Shown here: positions 31,301-39,956 of the stretch, piece after piece
Layout: every line of letters starts with the position of its first letter
Numbering within the stretch: position 1 is the stretch's first letter
Assembly: GCA_041918515.1 (NCBI GenBank)
Contig: JAYRVO010000170.1
Location: forward strand, 3,526 to 67,525
Direction: 5' to 3'
From: Chloroflexota bacterium
Lineage (GTDB): Bacteria; Chloroflexota; Anaerolineae; J102
DNA: 64,000 nt
Notes under the pieces: model-generated
Database searches by the model: none
What the model was told of the DNA's origin: nothing
What the model saw: only the letters and a program-made list of their open reading frames with translations
Translations under genes and position numbers: made by a program

Positions 31301-34300
31301 CACCACGTATCGCGTCGATCTGTACGCCAACACCACGTGCGATCGTTCTTTTTATGGCGAGGGCGAAAGCGTGTTGGGCCAAATCGCTGTCACCACCAAC
31401 GCCCAGGGCAATGGCTATTTCAGCACGCTGTTGCCAACTCAGCCCAACGGTGTGGCCCTGACCGCCACCGCGACACAGAATCCGGGCACAGGGTTGGCGA
31501 ACACCTCGGAATTCAGCCAGTGCGCCGTCGTTGGCCCCAACAACGACACTTGGGCCAATGCCTATCCTGTCTCGCTAACGCCCGTCGCCGTGGGCGAATC
31601 GTCCGGTTCGGCCAGCCAATATATTTCAGCCTCGGGCCAAACCCGCTGGTTCAAGTTCGCCGCCGCACCCAACAGCACCGTCATCATTGACCTTTCCAGC
31701 CTGCCGGCCAACTACGACCTGACCCTCTTCCGCGACATCGCCAAAACCTATGACCGCTTGCGCCAGCCGCAAGACGTCAACGAACTGGCCTTGCTGTCGG
31801 CTGAATTCGCGCCGGAGATGTTCACGCCGGAGATGTTCACACCGGAGATGTTTACGCCGGAGATGTTCACCCCCGAAATGTTCACGCCGGAGATGTTCAC
31901 ACCGGAGATGTTTACGCCGGAGATGTTCACCCCCGAGATGTTTACGCCGGAGATGTTCACCCCCGAGATGTTTACACCGGAGATGTTCACCCCCGAAATG
32001 TTCACGCCAGAGATGTTCACCCCGGAGATGTTTACGCCGGAGATGTTCACCCCCGAAATGTTCACGCCGGAGATGTTCACCCCCGAAATGTTCACGCCGG
32101 ACCGGCGCTACTATGCCGGGGCGTTGGCGCAGAGCGCGGTGGCTGTCAGTGCTTTCGAGGGCACAGCGCCGGAGTCAGCGGTGGCCAACACCTGGAACGA
32201 AAGCGGCGAGTTCTATGTCAACGTGACCGGCCGCAATGGCGCTTATGATCCCACGGCGCCGTTTGACCTGCGGGTGACGGTGCTGGGGGCCGAGTGCAAC
32301 GGCCTCACCGTGCTTGACGCGGCGCCCAACCTGGGCATCTTGCCGAATGGCGGCTATGCCACGCTCTTCCTCGTCGATTCGCAGCGCATGGGCGTTGATT
32401 ACAGCGCCATTGCCTCGCAGTTGAACACCCTGGCGGGACACCCGGCAGTCAATGGCGTCATTGTAGATGTATCGCAATTTAGCGAGATCGCCGCCGCCAA
32501 CGCTCAGGCCGACCAGCTTTATCAGTGCGTCTATGCCAAGAACATCGTCGCCTACGGCATCAAGGCAGTTGTCGATGCCTATCGCGCCGCCAACCCCAGC
32601 TTGCGCTACATCGTGCCGGTTGGCAACGACGATGTGATCCCGTTCTTCCGCTACCCCGATCAGGCGCTGCTGGCGAACGAGAGCGGCTATGTGCCGCCCG
32701 TGCTCGAGACCACCGCTTCGCAGGCTTCGCTGCGCCACGGCTACGGTCTGTCGCAAGACACCTACGGGGCGGCCATCGAGCTACAGCGTCGCAACACCCG
32801 CTTGCCGTTGCCCGAGCTGGCAGTGGGCCGCCTGGTGGAAACTCCAGCCGAAATCAACGCCACCATCGCCGCCTTTTTGGCGAGCAATGGCACGCTGCCC
32901 ACTCCCTCCCGTGCATTGGTCACCGGCTACGATTTCCTGTCCGACGCCGCCACGGCCATCCAGCAGGATTTGACGGCGGGGCTCGGCGTGGGGGGCTCGG
33001 TCACCCCGCTGATCGATGCCGCCACCACGGCCCCGGTCAACGGCTGGACGGCCGATGATCTGCGCACTGCCTTGCTCGAAAGCGGTCGCCACGACCTGAT
33101 TTACTTGGGTGGCCACTTCAGCTCGTTCAGCGCCCTGGCTGCCGACAACAAAACTCGCGTGCTGGCGTCTGAATTGCTGGCCTCCAGCGTGGACATGCGC
33201 AACGCCATCATCTTCAGCAACGGCTGCCACTCCGGCTACAATCTGGTGGCCGGCCACGCCGTGCCCAACGTCTCGATCGAGCCTGATTGGGCGCAAGTGT
33301 TTGCCGCCAAGGGCGCCATCCTGATCGCCGGTACGGGCTATCAGTACGGCGATACGGATTTCACCGAGTATGGCGAGCGCCTGTACTTCCAGTTCAGCCG
33401 TGAGCTGAGGCGGGGCAGTGGCGTTGTTTCGGTGGGTGAGGCGCTGGTGCGCGCCAAGCAGGTCTACCTCAGCGAAACCGCCGAGATGCGGCCTATCCAC
33501 GAGAAGACATTGCTCACCGCCACGCTTTTCGGCCTGCCGATGACCACCGTCGATATGCCGGGCGAGCGCTACAATCCAGCTTCCGGCGTGACGCTGGTCT
33601 CGCTCACGCCGGTGGCAACCAATCCCGGCGCCATGCTGGGCCTGAAGACCTATGATTTGACGGTGACCCCGAATCTGGTGCGGGTGGACAAGCCCCTGCA
33701 GAACATCGTCGATAACAGCCTGACCAACACCGTCTATTACCAGGTTGCCAATTCCGACCGCCTGGTGATTAACCCCGGCGAGCCAGTCTTGCCCCTCGAC
33801 CTGCACAAGCTACGGGCCACTGATACCCTTGTGCGCGGCCTGGGCTTCCGCGGCGGCAGCTACACCGACGTGCTCAATGTGATCCCGCTCACCGGCGCCG
33901 CCACCACCGAACTGCGTGGCATCCACACACCCTTCATCAGCAGTGTCTTCTATCCGGTGACGCCGTGGGATGTCAACTACTTCGATACGCTGGCCAATTC
34001 GGTGGCCGGCGGGTTCATCGGTGTAGGCGCAATTCCGGCGCAATTCCGCTCCAACGGGCCGAGCAGTGTGGATGGAACCATGCGCGTGTACAACAGCATG
34101 AACTTCCGCCTGTTCTACAGCAGCAACACCGCCGCCTACGAGAACCAGACCTACGACATCACCAACATCCCGGCGCTGGCCGGGCCTCCGGCCATCAGCA
34201 AGGTGACGTCCGCAGCCAACGGCGGCGTGCAGGTTGCCTTCCGCGTCACGGTCACCGGCGATCCTTCCGCCGGAATCCAGGCGGTTTGGGTCACCTACAC

Positions 34301-36632
34301 CAGCGACCAGGCACCGTTGGCCGGACAGTGGCAATCGCTGGACTTGTCGCAAGACCCGAACGACTCGCGCGATTGGGTGGGCGTGCTGGACCTGCAAGGA
34401 ACTTCATCTGCGCACTTGCGCTACATGGTGCAGGCAGCCAATGGTGTTGGCCTGGTCTCGTTGAACACCAACAAGGGCGCCTACTTCCTGCCGGATACCG
34501 ATCCGGCCACCCCGTCGGCACGGCCCGAAGACGCTACTCCGCCCGACCCCGTGGAATTGGTCTTGCTCAGCCCAACGTCCAGCGGTGAGTATGGCACCGA
34601 TGTGACTTTCTCGGCCCGCCTTACCCGCAATGGGGCGCCGTTGGTGGGTGAAACGCTGGAGTTCGGGCTCACCAGCCAGCGCCAATCGGCAGTCACGGGC
34701 GCCAACGGCATCGCCACGGTCACGCTAACGGTGATCGGCGACCCCGCAGATGACACCATCCGCGTCACCTATCCGGGCGCCCCCGGTCTGACCCCAGCGG
34801 CGAACGCAGCGCCATTCACGATCCAGCCCATCCCCACCCTCCTGCAAGTGCTGACCCAAACGCCGACCTTCAGCACAGGCGGCCCAGCCGACCTGTCCAT
34901 TGCCCTCACTGACGCCACTGGCCGGCCGCAGCCGTACAAGTCCGTGCTGATCGTCGTCACCAACGGTGGCGGCGGCGTTGCCTTTGCACAGGCTGTGCAA
35001 ACCGATCTCTACGGCAACGCCCATCTGCGCACGGTCAACCTGGCCGACGGCAGCTATCAGGTGCATGCCTACTTTGCCAGCCGCGTCACGTTGCCTGGCA
35101 TTGGCACGGTGGATATGCGCCTGCCGCGCTTCACCCCCATCCAGACGCCGGCCATTGGCCAACCTCCCGTCGTCATTCGCACCAACACGCCGCCGGTGGC
35201 GCGGCCTGGTGGCCCCTACGACGTCAATGAAGGCGGAAGCGTCGTGCTGAATGGCAGCGCCAGCTCGGATGCCGATGCGGGTCAGGTGCTGACCTTTGCC
35301 TGGGATCTCAACCACAACAGCGGCTTCGAGGTGCAAGGCCCCACACCGACGATGTACGCCACCATGCTCAATGGCCCGGCATCCGATACGGTGCGCCTGC
35401 GCGTGTGCGACCCGATCGAGTGCACGATCGCTACGGCCACGCTCAATATCCGCAACGTGCCACCGACGATCATCAGCATCGCCAACAACGGCCCTGCCGA
35501 TCCCAATCAGACGGTTACGATCTCTGTCACCGCCGACGATCCGGTCGATGTGCTGAACTACAGCTTCGACTGCGATAACAACGGCGTCTACGAGATTGGG
35601 CCCCAGGCCAGCTCACAGGCCGGCTGCTCCTATACGATGCCGGGCAACTACACGGTCAGAGTGCGGGTGCAAGATGGCGCCGCTGCGGTCACGGGAACGA
35701 CGATCGTGAACATCAAGGCCAAAGAGCCGCCAACCGTCAACGCCGGCCCCGATCTGGTTGGCTTTGCCGGGGTTTCGCTCGCTTTTGCCGGCTCCTACAC
35801 TAACCCGCAGGGCGCGCCGCCGTACACCTTCACCTGGACCTTCGGCGATGGCGGCACGGCCACCGGCGCCCTCAACCCCCTGCACACTTACAACACTACG
35901 GGCGTGTTTACGGCCAAACTGACCGTGCGCAACGGCTACAACCTCGAAGGCAGCGACACAGCCCGCATCACCATTTTGCCGAACTACCTGACCTACTGCA
36001 TCCTGGCCGGCAACGACATGGTCAAGCTAGATAAAGATAGCACGTTCACCAACTGTCGCATCGGCGCCGCTCAGCAGATCGATGTCAAGGCCAGCAGCAC
36101 ATTCAACAACAGCCCGCTCAGCCCTATGCTTGGCCCCATTTCCTGGCAGCCCCTGAATCTGACCGCTGGGACCCAAAAAATCCAGGTCGAGAAGAACGGG
36201 ACCGAAACGCTTGCTCCGGGCAGCTATGGCAATCTGGAAATGAAAGATGGCGCCACACTCATCCTCACTGACGGCCACTATCGCTTCCAGGAGTTCAAGA
36301 CGCACAAGAACCCTGCACTTGTTTTCAACCTGGGCGGTGGCAGCATCGTGATCGACGTCGTCGGTGATGTCGAGTTTGGCGATGAAGCACGCTTCTCGAT
36401 CAACGGCGGTGATGCCAGCGACGTGCTCTTCCGGTCGATGGGCAACCATCTGAAGCTCAAGAAAGATGGTCAATACCTGGGCACTTTCCTGGCGCCGCAA
36501 GCAAAGATCACTTTGGAGAAGGGCAACACCCTGACCGGGGCGCTGTTCGGCAAAGCGATTGACATTGACAAGGAAAATGCTGTAACCTACCGGCTGGCGA
36601 CCGATGCGTTCGTCATGTTGTACGGCGAGTAA
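28344..36632 (+). CDS. giant secreted multidomain protein (2762 aa): signal peptide, two CSLREA domains, a right-handed beta-helix with polymorphic-membrane-protein-type repeats, about 19 PEMFT repeats, a caspase-like His/Cys peptidase domain, three PKD domains and an ice-binding-like (DUF3494-type) C-terminus
   Basis: Signal peptide MRRLFVLIVIVLAAFLFVDHTAVRA. GECTLRAAVQEAN and NCTLREAINAAN match the CSLREA domain. The GGHFSS...SNGCHSGY His/Cys dyad resembles clostripain/gingipain-like peptidases. PKD motifs are present (WDLNHNSGFE, FTWTFGDGGT). The C-terminal 200 aa resemble the ice-binding-like fold. The RBS is AGGAG. Confidence 0.8.
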   Translation: MSSRPDFGWHDRATLPFTMRRLFVLIVIVLAAFLFVDHTAVRANSFTVNSTADVVDANPGDGVCETATPGECTLRAAVQEANAFGGDDEITLPAGTYTLTLAGSGDGGGDLDHGSCCDRVTITGAGSAVTTISAAGLGDRIFDIQNGTLTLTGVTLTGGNVVGHGGAILFSETSGGAELSDVVITGNSATASGGGVYIGTGSLSVVNSTISNNQAGGDGGGIFTSLMTNVILENSQVSGNTAVGGGNGLGLEGGTANVTLLDTSTADNISLASNAQLILDGAIGGSLDGVIDGVGTVTKIGTGTYTLSQWNNLSGPNPATGPFDIQAGILHITHPLALGNFFNGVTTVQNGATLLYDGQPQNGVYYMPDWRLTLNGAGVNGQGALHFVAGGAGFQGPITLATDSTIRDDAPSYNPDHLQGAITGPGSLTKTGSGRIMLHTGTNTYGGATIVQQGDLNVHVSGAIPATSDVTVAAGASLSIGDYPDNFAFPSGPVNQTVATLQGSGQIYLGGPLGAGALTVGNASDFTFDGTFADSGGVGSLIKTGAGAMILTHPGGNWAGSLTIQQGVVQTENLAGNANIALGAASLTVNMTADGVYNGVISGTGGLIKTGANTLTLTGANTFSGLTDVQAGRLNINGTHAGNVAVTGAGAALGGTGTINGTVSVAAAGFLSPGNSPGILNVGDTTLTAGSTFEVEITGNTPGVGGYDQLNVTGFVVIDTGAPGVTLSSLFPAPPYTPQLGDQYVIINNDDSDLVTGTFAGLPEGATINADFGGSLYSGVISYVGGDGNDVVITVITVQRTFVVNATADTDDGTCNALNCTLREAINAANAHVNAATPDAIHFNIPGAGPHTVQPTTALPAITNAVIIDGSTDPNGAIGLDGSLAGAGVPGLAISSSGSALTGLGITGFSDAGVSMLAGTGNVFIANRIHTNGGLGIDLGNDGVTRNDFLDADGGPNQRQNAPILQRVYAALGGLRVQGVLNSAANTTYRVDLYANTTCDRSFYGEGESVLGQIAVTTNAQGNGYFSTLLPTQPNGVALTATATQNPGTGLANTSEFSQCAVVGPNNDTWANAYPVSLTPVAVGESSGSASQYISASGQTRWFKFAAAPNSTVIIDLSSLPANYDLTLFRDIAKTYDRLRQPQDVNELALLSAEFAPEMFTPEMFTPEMFTPEMFTPEMFTPEMFTPEMFTPEMFTPEMFTPEMFTPEMFTPEMFTPEMFTPEMFTPEMFTPEMFTPEMFTPEMFTPEMFTPDRRYYAGALAQSAVAVSAFEGTAPESAVANTWNESGEFYVNVTGRNGAYDPTAPFDLRVTVLGAECNGLTVLDAAPNLGILPNGGYATLFLVDSQRMGVDYSAIASQLNTLAGHPAVNGVIVDVSQFSEIAAANAQADQLYQCVYAKNIVAYGIKAVVDAYRAANPSLRYIVPVGNDDVIPFFRYPDQALLANESGYVPPVLETTASQASLRHGYGLSQDTYGAAIELQRRNTRLPLPELAVGRLVETPAEINATIAAFLASNGTLPTPSRALVTGYDFLSDAATAIQQDLTAGLGVGGSVTPLIDAATTAPVNGWTADDLRTALLESGRHDLIYLGGHFSSFSALAADNKTRVLASELLASSVDMRNAIIFSNGCHSGYNLVAGHAVPNVSIEPDWAQVFAAKGAILIAGTGYQYGDTDFTEYGERLYFQFSRELRRGSGVVSVGEALVRAKQVYLSETAEMRPIHEKTLLTATLFGLPMTTVDMPGERYNPASGVTLVSLTPVATNPGAMLGLKTYDLTVTPNLVRVDKPLQNIVDNSLTNTVYYQVANSDRLVINPGEPVLPLDLHKLRATDTLVRGLGFRGGSYTDVLNVIPLTGAATTELRGIHTPFISSVFYPVTPWDVNYFDTLANSVAGGFIGVGAIPAQFRSNGPSSVDGTMRVYNSMNFRLFYSSNTAAYENQTYDITNIPALAGPPAISKVTSAANGGVQVAFRVTVTGDPSAGIQAVWVTYTSDQAPLAGQWQSLDLSQDPNDSRDWVGVLDLQGTSSAHLRYMVQAANGVGLVSLNTNKGAYFLPDTDPATPSARPEDATPPDPVELVLLSPTSSGEYGTDVTFSARLTRNGAPLVGETLEFGLTSQRQSAVTGANGIATVTLTVIGDPADDTIRVTYPGAPGLTPAANAAPFTIQPIPTLLQVLTQTPTFSTGGPADLSIALTDATGRPQPYKSVLIVVTNGGGGVAFAQAVQTDLYGNAHLRTVNLADGSYQVHAYFASRVTLPGIGTVDMRLPRFTPIQTPAIGQPPVVIRTNTPPVARPGGPYDVNEGGSVVLNGSASSDADAGQVLTFAWDLNHNSGFEVQGPTPTMYATMLNGPASDTVRLRVCDPIECTIATATLNIRNVPPTIISIANNGPADPNQTVTISVTADDPVDVLNYSFDCDNNGVYEIGPQASSQAGCSYTMPGNYTVRVRVQDGAAAVTGTTIVNIKAKEPPTVNAGPDLVGFAGVSLAFAGSYTNPQGAPPYTFTWTFGDGGTATGALNPLHTYNTTGVFTAKLTVRNGYNLEGSDTARITILPNYLTYCILAGNDMVKLDKDSTFTNCRIGAAQQIDVKASSTFNNSPLSPMLGPISWQPLNLTAGTQKIQVEKNGTETLAPGSYGNLEMKDGATLILTDGHYRFQEFKTHKNPALVFNLGGGSIVIDVVGDVEFGDEARFSINGGDASDVLFRSMGNHLKLKKDGQYLGTFLAPQAKITLEKGNTLTGALFGKAIDIDKENAVTYRLATDAFVMLYGE
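31811..32100 (+). repeat. about 19 tandem copies of the 15-bp unit gccggagatgttcac, encoding (PEMFT)n
   Basis: Visible directly in the sequence. The period is 15 bp with synonymous variation (aca/acg/acc, gaa/gag). Confidence 0.95.
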
Positions 36633-36670
36633 GACATCTATACTGAGTCCAAGGTGGAATCCGCAGGTCA

Positions 36671-36701
36671 GAAACCCGGATTCTGCGAGAATCCGGGTTT
36701 C
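36671..36701 (+). terminator. hairpin terminator after the giant gene (13-bp perfect stem), followed by a second GC-rich hairpin at 36735-36768
   Basis: GAAACCCGGATTC-tgcgag-AATCCGGGTTTC. The second hairpin is GCGGGGCGGGTTT..AAACCCACCCCGT. Confidence 0.55.
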
Positions 36702-36789
36702 TCGCTGCGCTCTTCACTTTGGAATGAGTTTAGAAAAGCGGGGCGGGTTTTAGTCCAAACCCACCCCGTCCACCAGCACGGGATGACAC

Positions 36790-37275
36790 ATGAGCTTGCG
36801 GACCTTTTTCGAGTACCCGACCGAAATAGCCGCCGAACAAGAGGACGCCCTGCTCTTCCTGCCGCAATGGACGGAAGAGCAGTGGCGCAAGCTGTCCACC
36901 TACACCGGCAAGCTGCGCCTGAGTCCTGGCGATGACTTGATCCGCATGGGTGAGTCGGATCGCTCGTTCTATATCGTCACTGCCGGCCAGTTCGAGATTC
37001 TCATTCCCCGCAAAGGATCGAGGCAACTCCAGCGTACACAGATTCGCGAGGCGGGCACGGTCGTGGGCGAACAAGCGTTCATCGACGGCAAATCGCGCTC
37101 GGCCACGGTGCGGGCGCTCACGACTGCCGAGGTGTTGCGCATCAACCCGACCGCATTCGAGGTGCTATCGGCCCGTGAGCCGGATCTGGCCCGTGACATT
37201 TTGCTCGACCTGGCCCGCCTGCTGTCGATCAAGCTGCGCCAGGCCAATACCTTCATCGCCAATTGGGTCAAGTAG
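36790..37275 (+). CDS. cyclic nucleotide-binding (CAP-effector-domain) protein
   Basis: cNMP-binding fold with ...GESDRSFYIVTAGQFEI...GEQAFIDGKSRSATVRALT. Confidence 0.75.
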   Translation: MSLRTFFEYPTEIAAEQEDALLFLPQWTEEQWRKLSTYTGKLRLSPGDDLIRMGESDRSFYIVTAGQFEILIPRKGSRQLQRTQIREAGTVVGEQAFIDGKSRSATVRALTTAEVLRINPTAFEVLSAREPDLARDILLDLARLLSIKLRQANTFIANWVK

Positions 37276-37280
37276 CGGCA

Positions 37281-39935
37281 ATGACGGTCACACAGACGCC
37301 TTTCCCCAATTTCATGCAGTTGCGCGCCGAGTCGCGCGTGCCGTCATGGATGTGGCAGGTCGCACGTATCTTGGGTTTGGTGATAGCGCTGGGGCTCGTT
37401 CTGATGTTGTTCATCGCTCCAGCCATGGGGTTGAAGCTCTTCTGGGGGGTGGCGGTTCCTGTGCTGCCGCTGGTATTCGTGGCCGCCCCCGGCTTGTGGC
37501 GAAATACTTGTCCGATGGCCACGCTCAACCAGCTTCCCCGCCTGTTCAATCTCACGCGCGGGTTGACGCTGCCAAAATGGCTGCAAGAATATGGCTATGT
37601 GATCGGGTTCATCCTGTTTTTCGTGCTGGCTTCCAGCCGCAAGTGGCTATTCAACAGCAACGGTGCAGCCACGGGCATCCTGATGCTGGCAATGCTCGCC
37701 GCCGCCGGCATTGGCGGTTTGTTTTTCAAGGGCAAGAGCGGCTGGTGCAGCAACATTTGCCCGCTGTTGCCCGTACAACGCCTCTACAATCAGACGCCCT
37801 TTTCTTTGATCGGCAATAGCCACTGCGCGCCGTGTGTCGGCTGCACCAAAAACTGCTACGATTTCAACCCGCGCGTCGCCACCCTGGCCGATCATTACGA
37901 CGACGACCCCTACTATCGCAACTACCGGCGCTTCTTTGCCGCCGCCTTTCCTGGCTTCATCATCGCTTTCTTCACCCTGCCCAGTCCACCCACTCTATCC
38001 ATTCCCCTGTTCTATGCCGCATTGGCAGCCTATTTGCTGGCGAGCGTGGGAGTTTATTACGTGGTGGACACCTTCGTGAAGGCGACTCCGTTCAAGATCA
38101 CGACCGGTTTTGGGGCGCTGGCGCTTAACCTGTTTTACTGGTTTGTCATCCCACTGTGGCTGGGCAATGTCACGGGCTTGCTCGGCAGCGCCCCCGGCGC
38201 CCTCCCCCTGATCTGGCTGGCCTGGCTGCTTCGCCTCGGCCTCTTGACCCTGACGCTCATCTGGCTACAACGTTCGTTCGCCAAGGAGCCGATCTTCATC
38301 GCCCAGCTGATGCCGAGTGAGCCCACGCGCGTCTCGGCGGCGGCGGTGCGGGTGCTCGACAAAGCCAGTGAAGGCGCCATCGAAGTAGTCCTGGCCCCGG
38401 ACGAAAGACGCCTGCTAACCGAGCCGAAGCGCACCCTGCTGGAAGTGGCCGAGCGCAACGACGTGCGCATCGAAGCCGGCTGCCGCATGGGCGTGTGCGG
38501 GGCCGATCCCATCGCCGTTCTCAGCGGCGTCGAAAACCTGGGCGACTTGAAAGCGGATGAGAAATCGACGTTGGAACGGTTGGGGTTGGGCGGAAACGCC
38601 CGCATGGCGTGCATGGCGCGTGTGCACGGCCCAGTCACATTCACGCTCGACCTCAAGCAGGCGAAGGAAGCGGCGGCGGCGCCAGCCCAAACTCACGATG
38701 AGAACGTCCACACCGTCGTCATCATCGGCAACGGCGTGGCCGGCGTGACCGCAGCCGACTACGTGCGGCGCTATCATCCAACGTGCGAGATCAACCTGAT
38801 CGGGCGCGAGAGCCATCACTTTTACAACCGCATGGGCATCGCCCGGCTGATCTACGGGCGCTCGGCCATGAACGGACTCTTTTTGCAACCGCACGAATGG
38901 TACGAGCAGAAGCACATTACGGCCTGGCTCAACACATCGGTTCAAGCCATCGATCCCGATCGACACCGGGTCAGCCTGGCCACCGGCGAAGAACTGCCTT
39001 ACGACCGCCTGATTCTGGCCACCGGCAGCAGCAGCTATGTGCCGCCCATCGCCGGCTTCGACCGGCCAGGTTGCTTCGTACTGCGCGAAGCCGACGACGC
39101 CATCGCCCTGCGCGCCTACATCCAAACGCATCGCGCCCGCCACGCCGTAGTGGCCGGCGGCGGACTGCTGGGCCTGGAAGCGGCGTATGCTTTGAAACAG
39201 TTGGGGATGCGCGTGACGGTGCTGGAGCGCTCCGACCGTCTGCTCAAACGCCAACTCGACGTTCGCGGCAGCGCCCTGCTGCGCCAATATCTGGAAGCAC
39301 TGGGCATGGCCTTCGTGCTCGAAGCCGAGTGCGCAGCCGCCGAAGGCAGTCCCGCCGGCGACACCAACCTGGCGGCGGTGAGCTTGAAGGACGGACGCCA
39401 GCTCCCCGCTGAAGTGTTGCTTGTGGCAGCCGGGATTCGCCCCAACACCGATATAGCCCAAGCGATGGGTCTGGCTTGTGAGCAAGGGATCATCGTCGAT
39501 GCCGGCATGCGCGCCAGCCTGCCCGACATCTTTGCCGCCGGAGATGTATGCCAGTTCGAGGGCAAGCTTCCGGGCCTGTGGCCGGTGGCAGTCGAGCAGG
39601 CGAAAGTCGCAGCCATCAACGCCGTTGGCGGCGACCAGGAATACACACCCGTGGTGCCGGTCACCACCCTGAAAGTGGCCGGCGTCGACCTGACATCCAT
39701 CGGCCGCATCGAGGCCAGAGATGCCAACGAACAAACCATTGCCCTCGAAGACGGGGACAATCACTTTTATCGTAAGCTGGTATTGGCTGACAACAAAATC
39801 GCCGGCGCCATCCTGCTGGGCTACCCTCAGCTTGCCCCGGCTGTGACTGCGGCGATCAAGCAGCAGCGCGACGTGGAGCCGCACCTGCAATCGTTGCAGC
39901 GCGGCGACTGGTCTGTGCTCGAGCAAACTGACTGA
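37281..39935 (+). CDS. fusion protein: a NapH/NosR-like polytopic membrane domain with a CxxCxxCxxxC 4Fe-4S motif, a 2Fe-2S ferredoxin-like domain and an FAD/NAD(P)-dependent pyridine nucleotide-disulfide oxidoreductase
   Basis: HCAPCVGCTKNC and CSNICP lie within a region of multiple TM helices. The 2Fe-2S motif is EAGCRMGVCGADPIAV...ARMACMARV. FAD and NAD Rossmann motifs are present (VVIIGNGVAGVTAA and AVVAGGGLLGLEAAYAL). The ATG at 37281 lies 6 nt after the upstream stop. Confidence 0.75.
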   Translation: MTVTQTPFPNFMQLRAESRVPSWMWQVARILGLVIALGLVLMLFIAPAMGLKLFWGVAVPVLPLVFVAAPGLWRNTCPMATLNQLPRLFNLTRGLTLPKWLQEYGYVIGFILFFVLASSRKWLFNSNGAATGILMLAMLAAAGIGGLFFKGKSGWCSNICPLLPVQRLYNQTPFSLIGNSHCAPCVGCTKNCYDFNPRVATLADHYDDDPYYRNYRRFFAAAFPGFIIAFFTLPSPPTLSIPLFYAALAAYLLASVGVYYVVDTFVKATPFKITTGFGALALNLFYWFVIPLWLGNVTGLLGSAPGALPLIWLAWLLRLGLLTLTLIWLQRSFAKEPIFIAQLMPSEPTRVSAAAVRVLDKASEGAIEVVLAPDERRLLTEPKRTLLEVAERNDVRIEAGCRMGVCGADPIAVLSGVENLGDLKADEKSTLERLGLGGNARMACMARVHGPVTFTLDLKQAKEAAAAPAQTHDENVHTVVIIGNGVAGVTAADYVRRYHPTCEINLIGRESHHFYNRMGIARLIYGRSAMNGLFLQPHEWYEQKHITAWLNTSVQAIDPDRHRVSLATGEELPYDRLILATGSSSYVPPIAGFDRPGCFVLREADDAIALRAYIQTHRARHAVVAGGGLLGLEAAYALKQLGMRVTVLERSDRLLKRQLDVRGSALLRQYLEALGMAFVLEAECAAAEGSPAGDTNLAAVSLKDGRQLPAEVLLVAAGIRPNTDIAQAMGLACEQGIIVDAGMRASLPDIFAAGDVCQFEGKLPGLWPVAVEQAKVAAINAVGGDQEYTPVVPVTTLKVAGVDLTSIGRIEARDANEQTIALEDGDNHFYRKLVLADNKIAGAILLGYPQLAPAVTAAIKQQRDVEPHLQSLQRGDWSVLEQTD

Positions 39936-39956
39936 GTTTGGATAGAGAAGATAGCT

